DNA of 57,257 nt from an uncultured virus (IMG/VR IMGVR_UViG_3300034110_000988) (taxonomy: Duplodnaviria; Heunggongvirae; Uroviricota; Caudoviricetes), in IMG/VR virus record IMGVR_UViG_3300034110_000988; one strand, written 5' to 3'. The notes under the pieces were generated by a model. That model saw only the letters and a list, made by a program, of their open reading frames with translations, searched no databases and had not been told where the DNA came from. This document shows, piece by piece, positions 38,905 to 47,450 of the stretch (its first letter is position 1; each line of letters opens with the position of its first letter). A program made the translations under genes and the position numbers.

Positions 38905-39312
38905 ATGCCATTTGCTTACTCTGCTGCTTACCTGTCTTATGGTTCCGAGCGTATGTTTAAAGAGCTTGGAGTGAACAAAGACAAACTCCACATGACTACT
39001 TGTTTTGACACTACGGCTACCATTAAGCCTGAAAACAATATTGATATTGTTCACAAAACGGCTGTCATTGCTAACATTACTGAATGGGAAACTCCAAGTG
39101 GTTTGTATGTGGTGGCTGAACTGACTGATTGTGGTTGGAGTGCTGTCATGAATGCTCATTACAAGGCTCTTGGTGCCATTGAAGACCTTCCACACAATCC
39201 TCATATCACGCTCATGAAATCGTCGTCGCCAGAGCTGGTTGAGAAACTTAAAGTTCTGGTTGGTCGTGAAGTTGTCTTTAATGACCACGCCATTAAGGTG
39301 AAAGGTCTTTAA
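38905..39312 (+). CDS. acb1: 2H phosphoesterase, Acb1 / T4 gp57B-like anti-CBASS nuclease
   Basis: Two HxT motifs (KLHMTTCF, HNPHITL) with EWETPSG and YKALGA segments matching the T4 gp57B pattern. Confidence 0.8.
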   Translation: MPFAYSAAYLSYGSERMFKELGVNKDKLHMTTCFDTTATIKPENNIDIVHKTAVIANITEWETPSGLYVVAELTDCGWSAVMNAHYKALGAIEDLPHNPHITLMKSSSPELVEKLKVLVGREVVFNDHAIKVKGL

Positions 39313-39362
39313 ACTTTTGGTTGATTGTGGTATAATGCCTTATTATATTTGGGACGCTTACC

Positions 39363-39902
39363 ATGACCGATAAAATTGTTCGCTTCGCTAATATCTACCA
39401 TCCGGCTCATTTGGGTGGTTCGGCGTATGCCATTACTCAGCAAAGCCTTTACGAAACCAGTGAAAAAGCACTACAAATCGCAGGAAATGGGATTCAAGAA
39501 GGGCGACTGTTGCATGATTGCGTCAAGATTGAATTCACGCCTGAATGCGATGAGCATGCTTATGAAGTGCCAGAAGGCCACATTGTGCGGTTTGTTAATG
39601 TCCAGCGTCCAGACAATGTAAGAGCTGATAACTATGCAACCGGCCAAGTGGCTTTATATCCAACTGCAGAAGCTGCAAGGGCACAAGCCAAGCATCTTAG
39701 TAAAGGCTACTGGATGATCTCTTATTACGTGGCTATGGCGGTTCCTGTTATTTTCAAGGGGTTGCCGATGGCAGATGGTTGGATTGAGCAGGAAGGCATT
39801 AATTATAAAGCGGTTCATCGAGAAGAATTGCTAGTGATTGATATGACTCCAACCGACTACGCACCAGAAGTCATTGAAAAATACAAGTGGGCGATTGATT
39901 AA
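39363..39902 (+). CDS. hypothetical protein with tandem domain repeat
   Basis: IVRFANIY...LYETSEKA and IVRFVNVQ...LYPTAEAA. Confidence 0.85.
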   Translation: MTDKIVRFANIYHPAHLGGSAYAITQQSLYETSEKALQIAGNGIQEGRLLHDCVKIEFTPECDEHAYEVPEGHIVRFVNVQRPDNVRADNYATGQVALYPTAEAARAQAKHLSKGYWMISYYVAMAVPVIFKGLPMADGWIEQEGINYKAVHREELLVIDMTPTDYAPEVIEKYKWAID

Positions 39903-40017
39903 AACAAAAACAATACAGAAATAGAAAAGTAGATTAAGCAGCTTCGGCTGCTTTTTTCTTTACATTTTTGGCATTATTTGGTATAATAGATCTCACAAAC
40001 CAATGATGAGGTGTCAC

Positions 40018-40134
40018 ATGAAAAATATCAACGCAACGATTGCACAAATTGTGAAAACTTGCAAATCGGTTAAAAAAGCACTGACCCCTGTTCATGACAC
40101 CAGCTACAAATTCAGCCATAATTATTTCGAGTAA
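40018..40134 (+). CDS. basic micro-protein, 38 aa (not in ORF track)
   Basis: TGGTATAAT promoter, GAGGTG SD; MKNINATIAQIVKTCKSVKK... Confidence 0.7.
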   Translation: MKNINATIAQIVKTCKSVKKALTPVHDTSYKFSHNYFE

Positions 40135-40143
40135 ACTATCCGT

Positions 40144-40350
40144 ATGAAACTAAAACCAAACTTTATACGAACTATCGACTATAAGACGTTTGAAAATGCA
40201 CATTTTGATGTGAACGTGATGTTTATTTCAAGTCGTAAACCCGTCGATGGACAAGTTTCGATTATTGTTGTTGACGGTATTGAGCATCATGTATTTACTT
40301 CCGAATTGAAGGAATTTGTAAGCCTTCCAAATTCAAGGTTGTTATCATGA
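40144..40350 (+). CDS. small hypothetical protein
   Basis: ORF coupled to next gene (ATGA). Confidence 0.7.
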   Translation: MKLKPNFIRTIDYKTFENAHFDVNVMFISSRKPVDGQVSIIVVDGIEHHVFTSELKEFVSLPNSRLLS

Positions 40351-41162
40351 TTTCTTCATCGAAATCACTCACTAATGCTTATCGACAGCATGGCGAAGAC
40401 CTCAATAGCTCTGCAGAACTTGTAGAGCTTCGTCATATGCGGAACATTCAGGCTGACTGTCTGTTCTATAACTCCATCCGTGCTAGCCTTCCATCGTCTG
40501 CTAATAATTTTGAATCCACAACGCCTGTCGCGTTTTTGAACAGAAATGAACTGTACTTGCCTGCCATCCAACTGTTCAGTGACATTCAAAAAACAGATTT
40601 TTCTAATATTCAAAACATTCTGGATGTGTTGGTTACCTCGGGTGTTGAGTGTTGTATTTTCGCAGAAGGTGATAAACAGCTTAAAAGTTACTTGGACATG
40701 AAACATGTGATCTTTAACAACATGAAGTCAGTCTATGATGTTGCTATTCGGCATGATGGCTTAATTCGCATGGACAGCCACGAAAAAAGAAAACGAATGC
40801 TCAATTTGCATTTAAGTTTTGAGCTGGGTGTTTGTGCAGAAGGTGCTTTTGTTCAAACCAAGTTTACTGTTCCAACGTTTTATAAATCGTTTCCTATTTC
40901 TATTTATGAACTCAATGGAAAGTTTTACGTTTCGGTACCGAAAGAGTCTACCGAAGTTGGTCACCCTGAGAATGAAACCTTTATTTTTGAAAGTGCATCA
41001 CCACAAGCTGATATTGCTACTTTGGTACGGCATCGGTATCGACATCGTATTTTTTATTCAACATTTAAGCGGCATTTTGATAAATACTATGAAGATGATA
41101 TTCAATTTGAAGGTATTGACATTTGGTCTACTGTTCAGCTAATGGACGCCATGAAAATCTAG
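40347..41162 (+). CDS. hypothetical protein, C-terminal tag family
   Basis: Ends DIWSTVQLMDAMKI. Confidence 0.8.
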   Translation: MISSSKSLTNAYRQHGEDLNSSAELVELRHMRNIQADCLFYNSIRASLPSSANNFESTTPVAFLNRNELYLPAIQLFSDIQKTDFSNIQNILDVLVTSGVECCIFAEGDKQLKSYLDMKHVIFNNMKSVYDVAIRHDGLIRMDSHEKRKRMLNLHLSFELGVCAEGAFVQTKFTVPTFYKSFPISIYELNGKFYVSVPKESTEVGHPENETFIFESASPQADIATLVRHRYRHRIFYSTFKRHFDKYYEDDIQFEGIDIWSTVQLMDAMKI

Positions 41163-41222
41163 TCAGCCTTGACTAAAACCTTAATTTCATGTAGAATTGT
41201 CAGACACATCAGGAGTATATCA

Positions 41223-41705
41223 ATGCAAGAATTGGCTTCAGCTATTAAAGAATTCATGTTGAAACAAGGCGAAACCATTTCGGTGGCGGAAAGCTTGACC
41301 AGTGGTTATCTGCAGGCTCATATGTCTGCTATCGCAGGATCTTCAAAGTATTTTGTAGGTGGTATCACTGCCTACAATATCGACATCAAAGTCAAGTTTT
41401 TGAACGTTGATCGAGCCAACGCCGAAACATGCGATTGTGTCAGCGAACAAACGGTTGTTGAAATGGCAAAAGGTGTCGTTGAACTGTTTGATACAGATTA
41501 TGGCATTGCAACCACTGGTTATGTGGATAGTGATAATACAAAAGGCATGCCACACGCCCATTTGGCGATTTACTCTCGTAAAAAACAAAAGCTTCATAGC
41601 TTTTTCATGACGTGCAATCACTTGACCGAAAGACCAGCAATTCAGGCATATTTTGCTAGACTTGCGACCGAAAAATTGGTAAAATTCTTAACAGTTGACA
41701 TCTAA
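41223..41705 (+). CDS. pncC: CinA C-terminal / PncC (NMN deamidase)-like protein
   Basis: VAESLTSG, GSSKYFVGGITAY, K, VSEQTVVEMAKG, IATTG motifs. Confidence 0.88.
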   Translation: MQELASAIKEFMLKQGETISVAESLTSGYLQAHMSAIAGSSKYFVGGITAYNIDIKVKFLNVDRANAETCDCVSEQTVVEMAKGVVELFDTDYGIATTGYVDSDNTKGMPHAHLAIYSRKKQKLHSFFMTCNHLTERPAIQAYFARLATEKLVKFLTVDI

Positions 41706-41729
41706 TCACTTTTAAAAAGGTTCTCTTCA

Positions 41730-42176
41730 ATGCAAACTATCAAAGCCGCAACTAATCAAGAACTCGTTTTGGTTCGTGGTCACTCGGGCAGTGGAAAATC
41801 AACCTTTGCCAGTTCGTTTGTTCCATTTGGTTACAAGCACTTCGAAAACGACAGTTTCTTTGTCGATGAAGATGGCGTTTATAAATTCGATTTCGCTTTC
41901 CATCAGGTAGCCAAAGATGAATGCGTCAAAAAAGCTGTTCAAGCTTTGCTGGATGGTGAATCAGTGGTTGTGAGTAATACTTTTACCAAAATCATCGAAA
42001 TGGATTCGCTTGTCGCTTTTGCGAAAGAACTGGGTATCGACATCCGGGTTTTTGAGATGGAAAACGATTATGAGAACACACACAACGTGCCAGAAGCTGT
42101 AATTGTTGAAAAGAAGGCTGCTTTTGAACCGATTGAGACGGCTTTCAAGGTTAAAGGTGATTATGTAGTCGTTTGA
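41730..42176 (+). CDS. P-loop nucleotide kinase (AAA_33-like)
   Basis: LVRGHSGSGKSTFA, VVVSNTFT, HNVPE. Confidence 0.85.
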   Translation: MQTIKAATNQELVLVRGHSGSGKSTFASSFVPFGYKHFENDSFFVDEDGVYKFDFAFHQVAKDECVKKAVQALLDGESVVVSNTFTKIIEMDSLVAFAKELGIDIRVFEMENDYENTHNVPEAVIVEKKAAFEPIETAFKVKGDYVVV

Positions 42177-42313
42177 CCAGAAACGCTCTAAAAAAGCCTC
42201 ACAGATGTGGGGCTTTTTATTTTCTTCATTTTTGTTACTCGGTGAAAAATGATTGCTAAAAAACTTATTTTTCTGTATAATCACAACATAATCAAACAGA
42301 AGGAAAACCTATC

Positions 42314-42568
42314 ATGATCCGTTTTGCTCAAATCTATCGCAACAATGAAGGTAAATGGTTTCTGCAGATTGCTAAAAAATATGATCTTACCGTAGTCGAT
42401 ACTGCTTGGCAAGATTGTGACAAACTGGGGGCTTCTTGCTCTACGCCTTCGGTGGATATTGAAGACAGCTTGATTCCTTGTGATGATGAAGAACATGCTA
42501 TGATCAAACTGGCTATCCACTATGCCAATGAATACCACAATCATGCAGCCATCAAGTCACCTTACTAA
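42314..42568 (+). CDS. hypothetical protein
   Basis: AAGGA SD, TATAAT promoter. Confidence 0.8.
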   Translation: MIRFAQIYRNNEGKWFLQIAKKYDLTVVDTAWQDCDKLGASCSTPSVDIEDSLIPCDDEEHAMIKLAIHYANEYHNHAAIKSPY

Positions 42569-42594
42569 AAACACATCAACAGTGATTATCAAAC

Positions 42595-43044
42595 ATGGCT
42601 AAGAAGACTAAACCAAAGTTTACCCTTCCAGAACCTCAAAGCGTTGAAGTCTTTCGCTTGGAAACGGTTGATGGTTGTGGTATCTACAAGAGTAAGCCCA
42701 ATACTACTGGCTTTGCTTGGGGATCTGTGACGACGACTGAGGAATCTCTTTGGTGCCAAGTTACCAACAATTTTCAAGACAGCACATTACATCCTAATCC
42801 TTGCCAAGAATTTGGCCTTGAAATGGATTATTGGCCTGAACTTTTTTGCGGTTTTTCAAACTTGGATCAATACCGTAACTGGTTGTTCAATCCTTACTGG
42901 CGTCGAGCTTTTCATGAAAAAGGCGTTAAACTTGTCACCTATAAAGTGCCACGGGATGAAGTTCGATTTGGCCGCAAACAAATCCTTTTCAACAAAAGTA
43001 TGGCGACGAAAGTCAAAGAAGAATCATTGTCGAATTATTTTTAA
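42595..43044 (+). CDS. conserved phage-type protein, possible ADP-ribosyltransferase-like fold
   Basis: VFRLE...GIY...HPNP...CGFSNLDQYRNWL...KQILF; fold call is weak. Confidence 0.6.
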   Translation: MAKKTKPKFTLPEPQSVEVFRLETVDGCGIYKSKPNTTGFAWGSVTTTEESLWCQVTNNFQDSTLHPNPCQEFGLEMDYWPELFCGFSNLDQYRNWLFNPYWRRAFHEKGVKLVTYKVPRDEVRFGRKQILFNKSMATKVKEESLSNYF

Positions 43045-43113
43045 TTATCAGTAAAAAAATGCATAAAGAGCATTTTTATGGTATAATTATTCAAATTATT
43101 GAAGGGGATTCAA

Positions 43114-43602
43114 ATGCCAAATTTTGAAGTCGGTGATGTGGTTATCAACCTGAATCAACTCCACCTTTGGAATAACACCTATCATTCCAAGCGTTTTATT
43201 GAGTCGATGAGGGAGATCGTGACCGCAGTAAATGGCGAACTGTTCACGACTGATCCCCAGCAATCTTTGGATGAACATGTCTCCGATAAAAGCATGTCAG
43301 CCCAACGAATCTTTCGTCAAGAAGATGGCCGTTGTATCGCTGATCCTAGCAGCTTTCGTTACAACCTGACAAAGCACCCAGAAAGCATTCTTTACCGTGT
43401 AAATACTTGCTTTGACGCGGGCTATCAAAAACTCAAAGCAGGTGACAAAGAAGCTATTGATGACCTTGAAGATCAAATTGCAACACTTCAACAAAAATTG
43501 AATGACCTCTATGCTGGTAAACGCCCATTGACTATGAACAAAACCGTTCGTGAACACCATGACGACTGTGTGAAAGCTGTTATGGAAAAATTGAAGGTCT
43601 GA
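43114..43602 (+). CDS. hypothetical protein with coiled-coil C-terminus
   Basis: AAGGGG SD; heptad IDDLEDQIATLQQKLNDL. Confidence 0.8.
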   Translation: MPNFEVGDVVINLNQLHLWNNTYHSKRFIESMREIVTAVNGELFTTDPQQSLDEHVSDKSMSAQRIFRQEDGRCIADPSSFRYNLTKHPESILYRVNTCFDAGYQKLKAGDKEAIDDLEDQIATLQQKLNDLYAGKRPLTMNKTVREHHDDCVKAVMEKLKV

Positions 43603-43662
43603 TTTTTTCAAACAATCATCTATTTTTAAGGAGCTTCGGCTCATTTTTTGTTCAATAAATGT

Positions 43663-43691
43663 TTGACATGAATCTCTACTTGTCGTATAAT
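43663..43691 (+). promoter_or_regulatory. perfect consensus sigma70 promoter
   Basis: TTGACA-17 nt-TATAAT. Confidence 0.92.
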
Positions 43692-43697
43692 TGCTGC

Positions 43698-43980
43698 ATC
43701 CGATACGAGATCTATTCTGTTGTCGTATGGCACATTCTGTTGTCAGTTTTTTTGACATTGGGAGCATTGGGAGGTCTAATGTGCAGACACTCATTCCGCT
43801 GGGCTGGGCCTCGACCAGTGGCGACCGTGAAGGGGAAAACGTCGTTAACTTTCTTAGCGAGAAAGGATCGAAAGACTTCGGCAATTGAGCTAGGTAGCGA
43901 CTGCTCTGCAATCTGACTTGCTCAGATTGTAATATAGAGAAAATTCGCTCACTTATGAGTTTTTTGTATATTACAATCAG
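43698..43980 (+). ncRNA. large multi-hairpin RNA of unknown class
   Basis: GC-richer than flanks, no SD-led ORF, many stems, terminator at ~43990-44029. Confidence 0.7.
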
Positions 43981-44223
43981 CTATCATTTAAAAAAGCCTT
44001 TTTGGTGAAAGCCATTAAGGCTTTTTTTTGTCATTTTTTCTTTGAATTGTCTAAAAGTCTATTCTGGTGGATTTACAAACTTTTGATTTAATGATATTAT
44101 ATACGATCAAAATTCAATCATGACTGCATCTAAAAAACTTAAAAATGATTGAAAAAAAGTGTTGTTCTCTTTGTATATCCTTGCTATAATTCTCCCACAC
44201 CAACCGAAACGGAGTTATACCAG

Positions 44224-44574
44224 ATGACCACTTCCCAAGTAGCTGTTGCCATTGCCGACCGCACTACCGAAGAACTGACCGAAGGGCTTGAAAAACTTCG
44301 TCAACTCATGATTGAAGATTATAATCGGGCAGGTTTCAATCTTGGCTATGATATCGAGTTTGATTTTGGTGCAAAATATATTCGTGTCATCCACACCAAT
44401 GGTAGCGGTAGCCGTAGTTGTGCAGGTTTTGTTTGCTGCGACCGCAAGCATAAACAGTTTCAATTTGGCGATTTGTTGAAATGTGCTTCGTGGAAAGCAC
44501 CCGCAATGAACAAGGCTCGTGGTAGTGTTTTTGAGCTGGAAGGCAAACGCATTGCTTGGACGGGTATTCAGTAA
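44224..44574 (+). CDS. conserved phage protein, tandem paralog 1
   Basis: GAKYIRV...GFV...GDLLKCASWKAPAMNKARG. Confidence 0.85.
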   Translation: MTTSQVAVAIADRTTEELTEGLEKLRQLMIEDYNRAGFNLGYDIEFDFGAKYIRVIHTNGSGSRSCAGFVCCDRKHKQFQFGDLLKCASWKAPAMNKARGSVFELEGKRIAWTGIQ

Positions 44575-44785
44575 GGCTTATCAACTTTACAAACAAAGGG
44601 CTTCGGCCCTTTTTTGATCTTGTCTTTTTTAATTAATAAATCTTTTTTTTGGTGAATTATTGTGGTAAGATAGAGGATCTTTATTTAAAAACTCAAAAAT
44701 GCTTAAAATAAACCATTAAAAATGTTGTTTTTGATGAGTTATCTTGATATAATGGCTCCACACAAACAGAGATGGAGTTACAGCG

Positions 44786-45151
44786 ATGACCACTTCACAA
44801 CCAGTTCAAGCAGTTGTTACTCACGCTGACACCGAAAACAAAACAACTTCTGAACTTCTAGCAGCAATGGAAAAACTTCGCCAGATGATGGTCGAAAACT
44901 ACGGCGAACAATCAGGTCGAATTCAATATGATGTTTATTTTGAGGCTGGTAGCAAATATACTCGGCTCTACTACAAAACCAGTTGCCAAAGTATCTGCCT
45001 TGGTTTTTTTGTAAACACGAAGACTCACAAGAAGTTCCCTTTTGGCACGCTTTTGATGTCAGCCGGTTGGAAAGCACCAGCAGTTAACAAAGCTCGTGGG
45101 AACATCTTTAACCTTGACGCTAAGCCTGTCACTTGGACAGGAATACAATAA
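44786..45151 (+). CDS. conserved phage protein, tandem paralog 2
   Basis: GSKYTRL...GFFV...GTLLMSAGWKAPAVNKARG; both end WTGIQ. Confidence 0.85.
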   Translation: MTTSQPVQAVVTHADTENKTTSELLAAMEKLRQMMVENYGEQSGRIQYDVYFEAGSKYTRLYYKTSCQSICLGFFVNTKTHKKFPFGTLLMSAGWKAPAVNKARGNIFNLDAKPVTWTGIQ

Positions 45152-45272
45152 CAGACAGCAAACAGATAAAATAGAAAGGGCTTCGGCCCTTTTTTCGTTT
45201 ATGTTTAAATTATAGGTAGCATTCTTAATTAATTTATGATATTATTTCCCCAAACATTTCGAGGATTTTTTA

Positions 45273-46493
45273 TTGGACATTTCTAAAATCGCAGAAGACT
45301 TGAAAAAGGTCATGAAAGAGTCTGTTGATCGTCTTAATCTAAAATCTATTGATACCTTTGTAAATAGAGATTATAACATTGATGATGACAATCAATTTTC
45401 TTTTATGACAATCGGACCAATTGAAACTTATTTAATTGCTCACAAAGATGTGAGTGTTATCTATGATTTCTTACAGCTTTCGCCATCGACTATTCAAAAT
45501 ATTGAAAGAACCCGCCAATTTATAACCAACCTTATTCCAGAAACTTTTTATATTCCGACTATCTTTAACAAGATCAAAATTAGATCTGATGAACAAATTG
45601 AATTAACTATTACTGGATATGGCTTGACTGGGTTTAATATTGTTTTTACTGATGGTGTTGTCTCAGTAACGACTCCACATACCAAGAGTCATTCTTACCA
45701 TGTTGAATGTTATGAAGCTCTTGATTTTATTATTAACACTGCAGCCAATCAAATGATACCTTCATTTTTAAAGGGAATTGGCTTCGATTCAGAAGATGAG
45801 CACTCACCAGAAGTGGTTAGGTTTATCAAAAAAACACCAGAAGAACTCTTTCTTGAAAAGAAAACTCATCCTCTTTTTAATTATGTTAAACCTGATGATC
45901 TTATGCGTTTGGTGTGTGATGATTTAAAATTAAACTCAAATGATGTCATGAATTCTTTAAATTATATGGAAGCTGATTCTTTTTTGAATCTTTATATCCC
46001 TAACAATTTAACTTCAATGATGTCTTTGATGGCTCATCACGTCATTAAGATTGATGGAATTAAGCCTAAACTAGATCAATTATTTAGTTTGGTTGTTCTT
46101 TATAATGCCATATTCAATAAAACAACAAAATGCTCTGTGTCATTTACACCTATTCAAAAAAGAGATTTTTTTAAAGGTGGTGATTCTGATAGGTCTTTTT
46201 ATTCCCTTCATGTGGGCGATACATTAGCCATTAAAATTGGTCATAATCTTCTAAAAAAAGACAAAGATAAACATGCTTATGTTGATGATAATAATGATAC
46301 TAAATTTTTAAACTTTGTTTATTTTAAAGATCTCAAAACCTATGATTATAAAGAATACTTCACCAATGATATTGATTTCGTTTATAATGACATATTGAAG
46401 GAATTTCAAAACATGATTAAACAGGTTATCCATAAAGATGACAATTTAATTAGTTTCAAAGATTTGGAAGTCTATAAAATGGCTGTTGTTTAA
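45273..46493 (+). CDS. hypothetical protein related to 4819, C-terminal tag family
   Basis: GAGGA SD with TTG start; LFSLVVLYNAIF; ends KDLEVYKMAVV. Confidence 0.85.
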   Translation: MDISKIAEDLKKVMKESVDRLNLKSIDTFVNRDYNIDDDNQFSFMTIGPIETYLIAHKDVSVIYDFLQLSPSTIQNIERTRQFITNLIPETFYIPTIFNKIKIRSDEQIELTITGYGLTGFNIVFTDGVVSVTTPHTKSHSYHVECYEALDFIINTAANQMIPSFLKGIGFDSEDEHSPEVVRFIKKTPEELFLEKKTHPLFNYVKPDDLMRLVCDDLKLNSNDVMNSLNYMEADSFLNLYIPNNLTSMMSLMAHHVIKIDGIKPKLDQLFSLVVLYNAIFNKTTKCSVSFTPIQKRDFFKGGDSDRSFYSLHVGDTLAIKIGHNLLKKDKDKHAYVDDNNDTKFLNFVYFKDLKTYDYKEYFTNDIDFVYNDILKEFQNMIKQVIHKDDNLISFKDLEVYKMAVV

Positions 46494-46497
46494 TTAA

Positions 46498-46632
46498 CTG
46501 GTTTCTGAACCTTTTATTTCAATAACTTATTTTTGTTGTAAAATTAGAAACAAAATTCAGTCAGATCTCTTGAAGAGTGATGACCCAATTACAGAAAGAC
46601 AACTTGAAGTGTATAAGATGATTATTTTTTGA
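46498..46632 (+). pseudogene. start-less remnant encoding only the C-terminal tag module
   Basis: Open frame ...KIQSDLLKSDDPITERQLEVYKMIIF-stop, similar to the end of 45273. Confidence 0.7.
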
Positions 46633-46657
46633 CTTTTATTGTTTTTCTGTAATACTT

Positions 46658-46757
46658 TAATCATCTACAATTCATGTAGTCTAAAATTCGGCTAACGATA
46701 TGGAATTCCGACACCATAATAATTTCTACACCATATGTAGTCTAAATAGTCGGCAAA
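46658..46757. repeat. two imperfect direct repeats, 61-nt period, each with a CTACA-N5-TGTAG hairpin
   Basis: TCTACAATTCATGTAGTCTAAAATTCGGC and TCTACACCATATGTAGTCTAAATAGTCGGC. Confidence 0.75.
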
Positions 46758-46824
46758 ATAACAGGTAGACATTTTGTGCTTTTTTTTGTATAATACCTAA
46801 CATTCAAAAAAATGGAGTATAAAA

Positions 46825-47142
46825 ATGTCTCAGTTGGCTGAAATCGCAAATCTGAAAGACAAGTCTGATCTCGCAGCATTGCTCAAACAGCCCGGTGTTC
46901 TTATCGATATTGATCGATCTGGTCTTATTACTGCCGAAGAAATGGCGTATTTTCTTAATGAGTTGGCTTCTATCACTGTCGCACAGGAAAAGAAAGAACG
47001 TTTTCTTCATTTCAATCACAAAATTCGCAATAAAGGTTGTGAACTTAAACCACGTCTTTTCAATAAAAAAAGCATTTCTCGTTTTAAGTTGAGCAAAATT
47101 CAACGAAAATATGGGTTTGTTCTGACTGATGGCGAAGGTTGA
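46825..47142 (+). CDS. basic hypothetical protein
   Basis: GGAG SD, TATAAT. Confidence 0.8.
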   Translation: MSQLAEIANLKDKSDLAALLKQPGVLIDIDRSGLITAEEMAYFLNELASITVAQEKKERFLHFNHKIRNKGCELKPRLFNKKSISRFKLSKIQRKYGFVLTDGEG

Positions 47143-47162
47143 TTTTAATTAGGGGATTGATC

Positions 47163-47396
47163 ATGCGTGATTCTATTAAAAAATTGTTTGATTGGAAAAC
47201 CAACCCAGCCAGTGTTTTTTACGTGGCTGTTCCACTGGTCATTATTGCTGTGGGATTGTTGTTTACACAAGCCTATCTGCAGTATAAACTCAATGATGAT
47301 ATTGGCTACTTAGTCATTTTTGGAGTCTTTACAGTGTTGTGTGCTATTGCTGGCTTTCAAATGCGGCGTATTTGGAAAAAAACGTTTAGACGATAA
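47163..47396 (+). CDS. two-TM membrane protein
   Basis: AGGGG SD; two hydrophobic helices. Confidence 0.8.
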   Translation: MRDSIKKLFDWKTNPASVFYVAVPLVIIAVGLLFTQAYLQYKLNDDIGYLVIFGVFTVLCAIAGFQMRRIWKKTFRR

Positions 47397-47450
47397 CCGT
47401 TTAATGTAAAAAAACCAGCTTCTGCTGGTTTTTTATTGTCTATCAAATTG

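Noticed and set aside
43659..43916. ORFs 43659..43916 and 43691..43888 (+), 43297..43911 (-)
   Set aside because: They start inside the promoter without an SD; the region is better explained as structured RNA.
43925..43978. Retron msd hairpin
   Set aside because: No reverse transcriptase in the window and no clear a1/a2 inverted repeats.
46658..46757. CRISPR array
   Set aside because: Only two imperfect repeats and no cas genes; kept as a low-score finding only.
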